Below, piece after piece: positions 62,910 through 64,000 of a stretch of DNA of 64,000 nt (within the stretch, counting starts at the first letter, position 1; each line of letters opens with the position of its first letter). Source of the DNA: Balanoglossus misakiensis (Eukaryota > Animalia > Hemichordata); contig CM082589.2 of assembly GCA_040954595.2 (NCBI GenBank), positions 10,924,894-10,988,893 of the forward strand, given 5' to 3'. A model generated the notes under the pieces. That model was not told the origin of the DNA, did not search any database, and saw only the letters and a program-made list of their open reading frames with translations. A program made the position numbers and the translations under genes.

Positions 62910-64000
62910 AGAAGTCCATTCTATGTAAAAAATGGTGCTCATTCCAAAAAAGTCAGTCTTATTAACCCCACTCAAGACAAAATTGCCATTTTGGCCATTT
63001 TTAACCCCAAAATGGTCTTTTTTAGAAAACACTAAAAACACATTGTTTTCGTCACATTCTGAGATCTGATAACATATGATATGCTTATTCTATGTAAAAT
63101 TTGGTGAATATTACGAAAAAAGTAGTTCGATTGACCCAAAAAAACAGAAAATTGCCTTTTTGACCAATTTTTGCCCCAAAAACGTCATTTTTAGAAAAAA
63201 AATAAAACACACGGTTTTCTTCATAATGATTGATCTGGTGATATATGGAAAGTCAATTCTATGTTAAAAGTGGTGACTTTAAAAAATAAAGCAGTCTTTT
63301 TGACCTCAATCAATACAAAAATGCCATTTTTGGCCACTTTTTGTGGTCAAAAAAGGTCATTTTTACAAAAAAACTAAAAATAAATTGTGTTTATCATATT
63401 CAGAGATCATTGGATATATGAAATGTCCATTCTATGTAAAAAATGGTGCTGATTCCAGAAATAGCAGTCTTATTGACCCTACTCAAGAAAAAATGCCATT
63501 TTTGCCACTTTTTGCCCCAAAACGTCATTTTCAGAAAACACACAAAATTTATATATTTTCTTCACTTTCGGAGATCTGATAATGTATTATATGCCCACCC
63601 TATGTAAAATCTGGTGATTATTCGAAAAAAGCAGATTTATTGACCCAACCTAATGCAAAAATGCCCTTTTGGAAAGTTTTTGCCCAAAAAGGCCATTTTT
63701 AGAAAAAAAATTAAAAACAAACTTTTCTTCATAAAGCTCAGAGATCATGTTATATATGAAATGTTCATCCTATGTAAAAAATGGTGCTGATTCCAGAAAT
63801 AGCAGTCTTATTGATCCTACTCAAGAAAAAATGCCATTTTGCCACTTTTTGCCCCCAAAACGTCATTTTCAGAAAACACTCAAAATTTATATATTTTCTT
63901 CACTTTCGGAGATCTGATAATGAATTATATGCCCACTGTATGTGAAAAGTTTCCAAAAAAGCAGTTTTATTGATGCCACTCAAGATAAAAGTGCCTTTTT
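62910..64000. repeat. ~170-bp satellite/tandem array (runs off the right edge)
   Basis: (t)ctatgt(a)aaa.tggtg anchors at ~62920, 63089, 63258, 63431, 63600, 63770 and 63939. Confidence 0.9.

Overview
AT-rich, repeat-dense eukaryotic (invertebrate animal) genomic DNA; no prokaryotic operons, CRISPR array, rRNA or intact tRNA. 1-4618 is a ~78-bp satellite. It adjoins a Helentron/HINE-like element with ~240-bp internal repeats. That element is split by a decayed minus-strand LINE, and the LINE is itself split by a TTAA-flanked MITE. 10665-30105 (+) holds 16 exons of an Uninflatable/SP1070-like gene (C-type lectin, 3 CUB, 4 sushi, 2 cbEGF). It carries several independent inactivating lesions and has no recognisable downstream exons, so it is a probable partial pseudogene. 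30957-39150 is a 90/74-bp satellite that appears to be an amplified MITE terminal arm. The right third holds a 50-bp minisatellite, an L2 3' fragment, many non-autonomous DNA elements, a ~6.9-kb-offset segmental duplication and a terminal ~170-bp satellite. The most unusual signal is a minus-strand series of short exon-like cassettes inside the duplication. Two of them are paralogous but have mutually complementary cores and would form a hairpin closed across their splice junction; an upstream cassette is itself a hairpin. This is a candidate spliced structured ncRNA, inferred from sequence only. All coordinates and counts were derived by eye.
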